From: Pecten maximus
Taxonomy: Eukaryota
Direction of reading: 5' to 3'
Length of the DNA: 64,000 nucleotides
Assembly (NCBI RefSeq): GCF_902652985.1
Contig: NC_047022.1
Coordinates: 30,008,001-30,072,000 of the forward strand
Shown here: one piece after another, positions 52,101 through 64,000 of the stretch
Layout: each line of letters starts with the position of its first letter
Numbering within the stretch: the first letter of the stretch is position 1
Translations under genes and position numbers: made by a program
The notes under the pieces: model-generated
Database searches by the model: none
What the model was told of the DNA's origin: nothing
Seen by the model: only the letters and a program-made list of their open reading frames with translations

Positions 52101-55100
52101 TAAAGAAATTATGTGGAGATGATTCGCAAGTTTGTTAAAAGTTTTCCAATATTGAAATTATGCTATTTTTTTCATTTTATTTTTTTATTATTATTTTCAT
52201 TTTTTTTTCAGATATCAAGGAGATCAGGATTTACATACAGATACAGCAACCGGAAGTCAACTACTTCTTTGATGACGGAAGCCTTGTAGAACTCCTTCCT
52301 GATCCTAACTGGCGGGCTACCGCGGAGGAAAACATTGACGCCAATCGGAAGGCTTCACTAGAAATTATGTGAGTTTGAAGATTGATGTCTATTTTAACTC
52401 AAAATCGATCGCAAAAATAACGGATAGTAGAAACGGAACCTAATCGTTAATTTTGCCAAACCTGTTATAAACATTCCTGCTTCAAAGTTCTTTTCAATTG
52501 CATCCATAGACAATTACCTCAAACCTGCCTGGAATGATCCTGAGATCGTCTTGAATATGTATTGTTATTTTGCGGGTCGGGCTCAAATTCAAGATGGTCG
52601 TCATCTTGAAAAATACATTTTAAATTCCCCCAATTTCACTAGTGCCATTGAGCTAAAACCTAGTGAGGATGCTTAGGAAAGAAAGCGTGCAAAGTTTTTT
52701 GTTGTTGTTGTTGCTGCTATTTTACGTCAAAATTTCACAATTGCGGCAACGCCGGTTATTTTGTAATGTAATGCAGAATCACTTTTCCCTGAATAATACC
52801 TGTTTTGAGCTTCTCAATCGCTACTATTAGGATATAGCCCTAACTCATCTAAAGTGATCCTTGGATGGTCTTGACCAAATATTTTTATATTGGGATCGGT
52901 TTGGAATCTAATATAGTCACTATGGTCATCATCTTTAAAAACAACACAATTTAAGCTTCTTCTCCCGTTACACCAGTGGGATTTAGTTAAAACTTACAGA
53001 AATGATCCTAGGTAGTACTCACAAACTATTACTAAACTGTGCTGTTACATAATCGTTTGTTTAAGAATTTGAATATGTGTTGGTATGCAATACTGGGATC
53101 ATTTATGTTAATTGCGCAAGTCCAATTAGTTACATTAAGCTGACTGACTTATAGATATGTCACTGTCTGAAGGCAAAGTGTTGAATTATATGATAATTAG
53201 GTAAACTGTGTGCATGATGTGGACATTCAATTTTGATAACAGAGGTGTTAATATATAACCTGTGGGTGTCAAATAAGTTAACGAAAAAACTTATGAGTAT
53301 GAATGGGACACTCCATTATGATAGATGCACCTTACCTATAGGTGTCCAGTATGTTAACACCTGCACACCGAGCAGTCCAATATTAAGAGGGCTATGTCAA
53401 AGTATGTTATAAGCCTCTTCACGTCCAATATGTCAGCCTAACGGCCTCCAAACGTTCTTTCTACCAACATATTGAACTTCTATCAGTTAATCTATAGTTA
53501 ATTTTCAAACTGGTCCAAAATCCGACATGGATACTTCTGTCGCCATTTTGTTATACAATACGCAATTTCCGAGTTAGTCTCCCCTTGCGAGCTCATTGTG
53601 AAAAAGAGATAAAATAGGCTTTCAATTTGCTGCTAAGTAGGACCAATATATATACACACCGTTAATACATTATGCAAGGATCAGTGGAAGTAAAATATTA
53701 GCTTGATGCGTTTCAGACTTGCGTAGCATATCTCAAATTTACTTGAAATATAAGTACAGACATCTTGTATACAGAGAACTAAACAATATGAAATTATCGA
53801 TGATTAACAGTTTATCTTGAAAACCCGTTACACACAACAATATTAAAAAATAAATAATGGGTAAATATTGTGATTTTTTAATACAGTGTACATATAGGGT
53901 CACTCCAGCTAATGTATAGGAACAACGTTGGGACGGGACTCGTACAAAATGACGAGAGCAATTTGACAAATCTTGCTCGAAGCCAGTCACGACTTCGTCT
54001 GATCAGCGATCTACGAATATTGATATTTTTCCTGCTTGACAACTGGAGAATTTTATACTTCCATCCATAGATATTTGGCGAATTCATTATTTTTCCCCGT
54101 GCGCATTGCAGCCGGGCACACAACTGAAATGCGCCAACAGCATAACCGCAAAGAAACAACAACTAGCCTACCGATTCTAGTCGTACCACCCATGTTGGAG
54201 CACTGCCTCCACCAATAAAAGATGGCTACATGTCCGGGATGATACCTCCCGCGGAAAGTGGAAATTAGAACTCGGAAATGGCGTATTGAACAATCATAGT
54301 CTTCGCAAAATATGCACATTATAAACTACTTTTTGATTCTATCAATTAGATACAATAACTACTAGGTATGAACCCAAGGTAGTAAAATCACCATTCCTTG
54401 TTATTTGTTTGGCAAAACATACACCACAATTATTCTCAATACCTTACTGCTGGTGATGATGTATATTCCGTACACTCGCATTAGGGCCTTATAGTCTGAT
54501 GGACGTATGCTATATATGTAACTTCTCAGCGAGCGGAGCGCTTTTGAACGTGCAATGTTTCTGTAGAATGCATAATGTGACCGATCATTTGATCTTACTA
54601 TCATGTTAAAAGAACAGCACCTTTAATTATGACATCACCTCATTTGGTTCTAATTTTCCAAATGTTAGACAATATAGCATGAAAACGGGAAAAGAGCATT
54701 AATAAATAGAAAACATTGGTTTATAATTTTTTTGGAAAAATTCATAAACATGCTCTTCATCTACAAATATAATGCTATATATTTCAGATCTCTTACGGAA
54801 CCTGGCATTTCTCTCAGTGGAATCGACATAGAGGTATGCTTAACAAAACCTTTCTGTTTATGTGTCTGAGGGGTACTTATCATATAGCTGTTGACCTATT
54901 ATAAAAAAAAACATCAATTGGTATATTATATATGCAGGTGTTATATATAAAGTATACAATAACATACAATTTAATAATAAATGAATAGATATATTAAGTA
55001 TACTGTAAACACGTTCCTACGACAATACACTGTTATTCAACTATCGGACCATTGTGTAGACATGCTGACAGTTGAATAAATATATCGATATACAACTAAT

Positions 55101-58100
55101 TCTATGTTACATTCAGGTATTTTGATTGGTTGAAATTTTGAACTACTTTTTCTCTCGCGTGTCTCGTGTCAGCTCATCTTTTTTGACGTCATCTGCCATC
55201 GCTTCGACGTAATGCAATCTTGTCCAGGTTGTTACTGATATACAAACTGCTATTGAATCTTGATCTGTCGTGGTATCGGAACCTGGTACGTTCACCTCAC
55301 TCATTGTAAAATATTCATGATCCATATAATAACTTGTCGGAAAGGTAATTTTAAAAAATCTTCATATTTATGGTTTATTGTATCAGTGTTAAACACAAAA
55401 ACCGTCGGTGATGTGAAGAAAGTCGAGATTGATTTCAAAATGCTATCGGAACAAGTTACCGAACCTCCAAGATCAACTTTAACTCTGCCACTAACGGCGA
55501 TTAATCGACAATATTTGGCGGGAAGCAGATGGCAGCGCGCCACATACATACTTGCGTATAGTCCGCGATTATTTATAGTCTCTGTACTACAGAATTACAG
55601 ACATTACCCTCGGTTTGTTATAGAGTTAGTCTTTTGTGTTAGGCAGAGCAAAATAATTGTGAGTTTGGACATGGGACCGCTGTCAAGGCTAGTCTATGGA
55701 CGGATGCATCCTACGGTTTCTACCGAGACTTCGTTACCAAAACATTGAAATCGGAGTGGGCCGTTATAGAGAATGACCTCAAGTGGAGGGGTATGGAGTG
55801 GACCCAGGTAACTTAGATCTTATCATTTTCTGTTTCGTTGTGCATGTACCTCACATAATGACAAGGGCCAGATTGTATATATAAAGTCTACAATGACTAT
55901 CAGTTAACATTTCCCACAACCAAAAGACAATTATGGATAATTATATTGGAGACACTCGTCGTTTAATGATACCATTTAGTGACCTTATTATGGAACGTTC
56001 TTGACCCATTTAAAAAGAAACTAAAAAGAAAACCTGATGTCGAGTGGCAAATGTCTGCCGATGCTATAGAAAGCCTACATTAACTGCCAGCACGGACCAG
56101 ATGAATGTGCTATATCCGATGGCAACTGCGTTCATGCTACAATATACGCAGTGAAATTGACGTTCTCTTTTTTTGATATAAAATCAACAATATTTGAAAT
56201 ATAAAATGATACAGAAATGCATTCAAACTACTCATACTAATATTTCATTTTACAAATGTTTTATTATTTCTAGGGAACCATTAAATTTACTGACGCTAAT
56301 GCAACCATAGATGATCTTTTGAGTAAAGGGTAAGTGACTGTTTGATATATACTTATCTAAGGCTTTTTTATATACCAAAACAGTTGATATGTTTAATTAA
56401 ATTGATGTTTCCTCACAAAAATATCTGTTTTAATTGATATTTCATCACAAAAACTTTATCTGTTTTAATTGATGCATCCTCATAAAAACATCATCTGTTT
56501 TAATTGATATCTTGTCTCAAAACATCATCAATTTGTATTGATGTTTCCACACAAAAACACCATGTTTTAATTGATGTAACTAATCAGTATATACTGAACC
56601 TTGAATATTATGCGATTTCTGTACTCTGACGATCGATAATTATCATCGGTACGATGATACGATGATAATGAGTTATCAGAAAATCGTCAATCTCTCCTTA
56701 TTACCAAACCAAGATCAGGTATTGTTTAAAATTCATTTATTCAACTTGAGAGTCGTTTCTCTCAAACGGGACATGATTTTTGTTTCACGAGAATATCGAA
56801 TATCATATGACATTTAGACTCGATGGTATATGTTTATATTTTAATGTTGCTTCCAAAAAGCATTCTTTGGTATATTTGACCGATTATAGCATATGGCATT
56901 GCCATTGGCTCTCATTTCCAAACATGTGTATGAGAGATGTGTACATCCTTAATCTTTGAATATATTCAATACCAAGGTTGAATAACAATTTTGTTTGTAA
57001 TCATAGAATATCTGTTCGTGGTCACAACATGTTTTGGAGTGTAGAGAAAAGGATTCCAAAATGGGTACAGAGCATTACAGACAAGGACACAATGAAGACG
57101 TTGATACAAGAAAGGATCTCAGATGCGATCAGCTTGACCAAAGGGAGGTAAATAGTTAACTCAAATGAGACAGCAGTAACCACTCACTATAAACAACTTA
57201 GGTTTGAGTTCAAGAATTGCACTTTATTTGTTCATGTTTGTTATTGGAAACAGTTCACAGAATAACGTTTGTGTAATGATATCGTAAGTGAATGGTATGG
57301 GAACCGCCTGTCAAACTTCTAAAAATATCTTTTATTTTACTACCATGCATTATCAGTATCACATGATTTTCGATCCATAAAAATGCAAACTATCTATCAG
57401 ACTGGCGCATTGGGATGTCTGTAACGAGGCTCTTCACGGTGACTTCTACGAAAGGAAGACCGGAAACGTAGATATCACCATGGATATGTTCCGGGAAATG
57501 CATAAAAAGGAGCCAAGCACACAACTGTTTCTCAATGACTTCGCTGTAGTGAACTCGGGGACGGTACACGACGGTATGTCAGTTATATCAATGGCTAGTA
57601 TAAACGACACAGAAGTTGATTATGATAGATATTAGGTTCTTAAAGAGGGTCGAACATATCGCACTTGATATCGCACAAGAAAGTAAAATATTGTCAAACG
57701 AGAATATAATGACTTCACATGTATATATATATTTTTTAATTTGAAGTCCTCGTTTATAAAAAGTATGGAATGTAACATAATAAATTATTAAAGGGAAATA
57801 ATTAAAGTTGGGTGCGTTGTGAGCTGATTTTGGAACGAATACAAAATACAAATAAGTAACTTTTTTTTTAAATACTATTATTATTAATCTTATCCGAAAG
57901 TTTGTTTGCCGATTATTTTTAGGCCTTAAGTAATCAAGCTAAGAGTTTCCTGGACGCCCAAGTTCCACTCCATGGAGTCGGACTACAGAGCCATCTACCT
58001 CCCAGTGATATCGACATCACCCAGCTGAAGGTAAACTGCCTCACCTTTGGTTACTTGTATTCCAACAACTTTGACAATTCACATTTTCATTTCAATTCTG

Positions 58101-60271
58101 TATAAATGTTATTCAGTATGAATAACATACATTGTTTATATACATACATGTATATGTTTATTACCCTAAAATGAAGATACCTCACGAAATATATGTGATT
58201 GTAAGAATTTGAAACATACACATCGAATCCGGTAGAAGTTATATAACTCAGCCTATATGATATTTAAGAGTGTGACATGGCGATGATTACATTGCAACCT
58301 TCTTCAGACTAATGACCACTGTAAAGCGTACTAGCACTGACAAATGTAGTGTCTGAGATGGTCAATAGACCCGATTGAGTGTTTAGGATGTTTCGTCTCT
58401 ATCATGATCATATCGACACCAAATTCGAAAATAGTATAAGTCTACAGAATGATATGATGTACTGTAGTTGTATCTCGGATACGCTTTGTTTAACACTTGG
58501 TCATAGATGTGCGAGAGTGTATAGCCCCCTCTCGTCCCTGTTTAGTACTGGACCGCTGAGAGGTATCCATACGGCCTCCCTGGCCAGCTGTCAGGACAGG
58601 TTGTATTCCTTGTCGACAATTTTTGAATTATTCCAGTCAATTGCGTGATTTTGCTGTATACAATGGTCTGTCAGTGCCGATTGATTGAGCTGGGGCTGAG
58701 ATTACTTTCTCTATAATCTGGGTTTTTTTTCGTCTTTGGATTCCATGTGTTTCTGATGTTCCAAATATAGACACTGAATCATTCTGTTTATATTGCATGC
58801 TCCTTCAGTATCGCTTAGACAAGATTGCAGAGGCTGGCCTTCCTATGTGGATCACGGAGATGTCTGTTACCAACACTAACGACACCGCTAAGGCCCAGAC
58901 GATCGAGGACGCTCTCACTCTGTACTTCAGTCACAAGATGGTGAAGGGCGTGATACTGTGGGGATTCTGGTCAGGGGCCATCTACGACACAGAAAACGCC
59001 CTGGCAACAGGCACAGATTCTATAACAGTAAGAGATTGATTATTACGGTGAAAATCTTTAACAATCAAGACAACTTCAGGACAGTGTACCATAATATGAT
59101 TGCACTAACGCTGGGAATTCTTATTGAAAACCTTTAATGGCATGATAATGTCATTAATGCAAATTAATGTAAGGCGTTAATCACTACGTGCATTTTCTGT
59201 TTGAAACGATCACTTCTAAACTAAATATTTTCGGTTAAAACGTTTTAAAAAGAGTAAAATATCACTAGAGTTTATACCTGTTTTTGTTGAAACGCCAGTA
59301 TAAATAGTGTTTGCGAGTCGTTATCACACCGACATTGATAGATAATAGTCAATCAAATATTGAGCCGAAAATTTACGATTTCATTAAATACAATGAATAC
59401 GCCTTCAACTGCTTCACATTGTTTAAGTTGAACGAAGCCGGGCAGAGATACGTGGATCTTGTGAATACAAAATGGAGGACAAACTGGATAGATCCTGTCA
59501 GGGCCAACGCCTCATGGGAAAGGAAGTGTTTCAAGGGAGACTACACCATCAGTGTCAAAAAGAATGGAGAAACACTGAAGACATTTGACTTAAGTCTGAC
59601 AACAGACAGAAAACTCATACTTTGGCTTCAAGGAACAAGTACGTGAGAAAAACAAAATAGAATGAAATGCATACATGCTTTTGTATTATCATAATAATGA
59701 GAATACATATTTTTGATATATACACACATACAACGAATTAACACAAATATCACAAAACAAGATGCAGGCAAACAGCATACTATACGCTAGCAAAATGGCC
59801 CAGCACCTATTTATTACTGTGAACGTTATTATTATGGCATTCTTCAATTTTATGCATAACAGGATTTAAACAGATAAGCGCGATAATGATTTTGAGTACA
59901 TACATTACTTATCATAGAAAACATTTTACAGAAACTATCATTTGTACAATAATTTAGCGGGATGCCTAATGCGAGGAATATATTAGTATATATTATATTA
60001 TATATATTTATTTTTGTAAAACAAAGATTAGCCACTCGACGCGGACGTGTAATTTTGGGTCCATTATACAAAACGTATGAAATATTCAATAATGACAGAA
60101 AATAAGAATCATATCAAAGTTTAAAATATCAATTATCGTACTTTAACAATTGCTGTAATAAAAAAATTGTAATCGGTGCGAAGCTTTACTAGTTGATTAT
60201 ATGTATTTACTTAGATTTTAATTTCTCTGTTCACAGCTGGAAAACCCTTGATAAAGGAGTGGATCGTCTGA
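49127..60271 (+). CDS. Secreted GH10 endo-1,4-beta-xylanase-like protein, paralog C (13 exons; -1 indel in exon 3 and +1 indel in exon 9 as sequenced)
   Basis: Exons 49127-49317, 51378-51538, 51673-51761, 52212-52368, 54788-54833, 55643-55807, 56274-56329, 57007-57147, 57401-57573, 57923-58030, 58809-59027, 59428-59638, 60237-60271. Signal peptide; CBM4_9-like module; ENDLKW, RGHNMFW, WDVCNE, LFLNDF, GVGLQSH, MWITE, WGFW. Same intron positions as A and B. Confidence 0.9.
52480..53030. mobile_element. Degenerate Helentron-type tandem-repeat fragment in xylanase C intron 4
   Basis: Repeated aaac(c/t)t...gaatgatcct, caagatggtcg and catcttgaaa motifs. Confidence 0.45.
56385..56580 (+). repeat. 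Degenerate ~33-bp tandem repeat
   Basis: About six tgttttaattgat....cacaaaaac units. Confidence 0.75.
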
Positions 60272-60420
60272 GGGTTCATCGCAACCAGAACGGAATCCTA
60301 CCAAAATTACAATTAAAAACGTAATAAACAGCTGGAAAACCCTCGATAAAGAAGTGGATCGTCTGAGGGTTCATCGCTTCCAGAACGGATTCCTACCAAA
60401 TATTACAATAAAAAACGAAG
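60233..60420 (+). repeat. 95-bp tandem duplication of the xylanase C terminal exon
   Basis: acagctggaaaaccct.gataaag.agtggatcgtctgagggttcatcgc at 60233 and 60328. Confidence 0.9.
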
Positions 60421-61139
60421 CAAACAAGTTCTAGTGTATTTCTTTCATTGATACTCAGTACCATAACGTTCAAAGTCATTTTCCTAAACACTGTGTCTCT
60501 TTTACTCTCGACACTGCTGGATAACCCTTTACCTACCGTAGTCAAACTGATAAAAGCATGTTTTATAGAGGTTATCAATATGGTTTAAACAGGTTTTGAA
60601 ATCTTTATCTCTAGAGATGTATAAGATAAGCGTAATATCTTATGTATACACGATTTTTTTTCTTCTTCTAAAAGTGCAATGTACGCCACAATACTATATG
60701 CAATGTATACCAATACAATAATAACTGTTGATTTATTCATTAATTCAACGTTTGTCATACTCCGTCGCGCTTACAATTATTATTCGTTGTAAATTGTCTA
60801 TCAATGTAGGAACAAGACTCTAAATTGTAAAACTGTTCAACACCTTCAGTTGTACGCCTATAAACATTCTTCCTTAGATATTTGTTCCGGGCTTGGTCGG
60901 ATGAGCTCAACTTTTAAACATTTCTTTTCGCTCCTGTAGTCTTTTCGTTAACATGCTTGTATTCACTATGGCAATATTTGGTCAAAGCAAATCCAAAATT
61001 CTACTCTACCACATGAACTAAACCTACTGTTAAACTTCAGAGCAGTAAACACCTGAATCAGAATAAATACCTTGTTGATCCATAATGATAGTTTAAATAT
61101 TACCATCTACAACTCATCTACTGGGGTTTCTGCTTTGTG

Positions 61140-62895
61140 TGTACTTAAACTCTCTATCTATGACGAAATTGTTAAACATTTAGATAAAGGTAAAGAAGCA
61201 AGAATGGTATTTTGCGATATTAGTAAAGCTTTCGATAGGGTTTGGCATGATGATCTAATTAATAAATTAAAAAGATATGGTATAAGTAACAATATTTTAA
61301 AATGGTTTTCATCTTATTTAACTGATAGAAGACAGAGAGTGGTCATTGATGGATTTAAATCTACATGGAAAACTCTACAGGCAGGGTACCTCAAGGTTCA
61401 GTTTTAGGTCCTTATCTGTTTCTACTATATATTAATGATGTATGCGATAATTTAGTGTCTAAAGTAAAACTTGTTGCTGATGACACTTCCCTATATGTTT
61501 TAATTGGGAGGGACAGACAAGAGGCTTCCACCATTCTTAATCAAGATTTGGAAACAATATCAGTCTGGTCGAGGAAATGGGGTATTATATTCAATCCTGA
61601 TAAAACTGAATCTGTCTTATTCTCGAGAAGGTTAGACTCTGAGACTTCACACCCTGATTTATACTTCAATAACTCATTGATAAAAAATGTTCGTACTCAT
61701 AATCATCTTGGTTTAGTATTTAACAATCATGCAAAATGGTCTGACCATGTTAACCTTATTGATGAAAAAGCTTATAAAAGAATAAATATTCTCCGAATGC
61801 TTAAATATGAAATTGACAGACACTCATTGCTTTTAATTTATACAACATTCATTCGCCCTATATTAGAATATGACGACGTAGTTTGGGCAAATTGTACTGA
61901 AAGAGAGTGTGAGCTCCTAGAGTCGATCCAACTCGAGGCTATACGCATCATTACTGGTTTGAGACGGGGATCAAGTCATGCTATTTTGTATAGAGAATCT
62001 GGTCTTATTCCACTTTCTAAGCGTCGACATCTTCATCAACATATTCTGTTTTATAAGATTTTTAATAGATTATGCCCTGCTCATTTTAGTGAATCTATTT
62101 TACCTGATGAACACTAATAATATTGCTTACCCATTACGTCATAATAGACTTTTTGATGTACCTCAGGCTAGAACAAACCTTTATAATACAAGCTTTTTTC
62201 CTAAAATCATGTCTGAATGGAACAATCGAACTTGTCTGTTTCCCTCAATGTCCTCTTTAAATACCTTAAAGCGTGAATTCTTACAACATCTTGACTTAGA
62301 TCGTGATACACAATGTACTACTATTCTAAAAACGGTGGAGATCGAAACATTAATATAATTTTATGTCAGTTAAGAAATTCTGTGAGTAATCTAAATGCAG
62401 ATTTATTTAATTCTCAAGTGATCACATACTGCAGAATACACAATTATTTTTATTTGGTTCTTTTGATGTGGATATTATTTTAAACAAATCCGTTCTTGAC
62501 TTGGTTCAGAGATTCATTGTCGATACCAGACGATTTTCTTGACTCAATACTGGAAATTGTAAATTTATCATAACTGTTTTTTCTTCACTTTTATAAATAT
62601 AGCACAGGCTATTGATTGTGAATGGACTGTTTTTTTTGTCTGTTGCTATTTTTTTTAAGTGATTACAAAGTATGATCAGTCAATATCATAATGCAATTTC
62701 CCGCTTGAATTTAGTAATATACATGTATTGGAATCTCTTTGCAGTTATTAGTTATAGCATTCATATTTATTTTTGGTATGTACATTATGTGGTATATATA
62801 TATCATAAGGAGAGGACTTTTATAGGCTTGTCCTCTTGCCCAATTCCCTTTGTCTGTACATTCTTGACAATAAAATATTCTGAAATCAAATCAAA
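61140..62895 (+). mobile_element. 5'-truncated CR1/L2-group LINE (RT domain to 3' end)
   Basis: RMVFCDISKAFDRVWH, VPQGSVLGPYLFLLYIND, VADDT, IRPILEY and LESIQLEAIRIITG across frameshifted ORFs 61072-62358; 3' AATAAA followed by an (aaatc)n tail at ~62870-62895. Confidence 0.92.
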
Positions 62896-62899
62896 CTCT

Positions 62900-63268
62900 T
62901 GCTGTACTGGGATTTACGTTGCGTAGATATCTGATTTTCTGCTTTGTGTCTACGAGGGTTTCAGTTGTGTGGATAACTTGGTTATCATCATTCAGGTATC
63001 TGATTTTCTGCTGTGTGTATACGAGGGTTTCAGTTGTATGGGTACATTGGTTGGTATTATTTAGGTACCTGATTTTCTGCTGTGTGTATACGAGGGTTTC
63101 AGTTGTATGGGTAAATTGGTTGGTTTGATTTTCTGCTGTGTGTATAATAGGGTTTCAGTTGTGTGGGTACATTGGTTGGTATTATTTAGGTATCTGATTT
63201 TCTGCTTTATGTATACGAGGGTTTCGGTTGTATGGGTACTGGTTTGTATTATTTAGGTACCTGATTTT
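62900..63268 (+). repeat. ~69-bp minisatellite (~5 copies)
   Basis: ctgattttctgctgtgtgtatacgagggtttcagttgtatgggtacattggttggtattatttaggta units. Confidence 0.9.
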
Positions 63269-64000
63269 TAGCTCACCTGCCCGAAGGACAAGACGGAATG
63301 AAGGGCTGCCAAGTTTGTTCAAATACATGAAATTAATCTACATTTAAGGTCACATTGGTCAAATAGGCTCAAATCTTTTAATGGCTTCTTCTCAATAACC
63401 AAGGGGCCCAGGGACTTGGTATTTGGTCTGTTGCATGCTTGAGTAAAAGACTGTTCAAATGAATGACCCTGACCTGCAATCAAGGTTACAGGGGTCAAAT
63501 AGGCTAAAATCTTTAAATAACTGTTTATCAATAACCAGGATTTCCAGGGACTTGCTATTTTGCCTGTGGCATGTTTGGGTGAAGGATCTTGTCCTACATT
63601 TAAGGACACAGTGGTAAAATATGCTTAAAATTAACATAATCTTAATAACCAAGATGCGAATGGAGTTGATATTAGGTCCATGTCATGCTGGGATGAAAGA
63701 CTATCACGTTTGGTCCAATGAATGACCTTGACTACATTCAAAGTCACAGTGATCAAATAGGCTTAAATCTTTTATTGACGTGTACTAAATAAGCAAGAAA
63801 CTCAGGAATTTGATATTTGGTCTGTAGCTGGCTTGCGTGAATGGCTACAACATTGTTTGTCAAATGAATGACCCTACATTCAATGTCAAAGGGTTAAATA
63901 AGCTAACAACTTTTACATCTTCTGAATAACCAAGACGCCAAGGGAGTTGATATTAGGTCCGTAGCATGCTGATTTGAAGAACTACCAAATGTGTTCCAAT
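63267..64000 (+). mobile_element. Helentron/HINE-type satellite-carrying element, same family as 12140-13740 (runs off the window)
   Basis: ttttagctcacctgcccgaaggacaag start, followed by the same aataaccaag...gggacttg / aaatgaatgacc units. Confidence 0.8.

Noticed and set aside
53390-55610. ORFs 53739-54604 and 55143-55748 as nested genes in xylanase C introns
   Set aside because: No recognisable motifs or coherent splice structure. Probably degenerate non-autonomous TEs, but I could not define termini well enough to annotate them.
16009-60271. Bacterial contamination or recent horizontal transfer of xylanases
   Set aside because: Twelve spliceosomal introns at shared positions, host-type TEs in the introns, and linkage to GLOD4/MRM3.

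Overview
AT-rich, intron-containing animal genomic DNA. The repeat families and gene content suggest a bivalve mollusc (inference). From left to right the window holds: the possible 3' end of an unidentified + strand gene; a decayed LINE; a head-to-head MRM3(RNMTL1)/GLOD4 pair with start codons about 170 bp apart (GLOD4 complete with 10 exons; MRM3 with only two intact exons and no intact catalytic exon in the window); a Helentron-type satellite-carrying element; and an orphan decayed intronless ORF. Next comes a cluster of three 13-exon secreted GH10 endo-xylanase-like genes (signal peptide + CBM4_9/CBM22-like module + GH10 barrel). Copy A (-) is a clear pseudogene; copies B (-) and C (+) keep both catalytic glutamates but carry single-base indels in this sequence. 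Between the divergent B and C promoters is a ~1.9-kb unit repeated three times, interrupted by a 5.08-kb foldback element with a 9-bp TSD whose left arm has captured an inverted copy of its own right flank. Other notable structures are telomeric (TTAGGG)n filler at the internal lesions of a mariner relic and several minisatellites seeded exactly at exon ends/splice donors. A CR1/L2-type LINE and a second Helentron-type element end the window. Exon coordinates were derived by hand from GT/AG sites and paralog alignment; no database searches were run.
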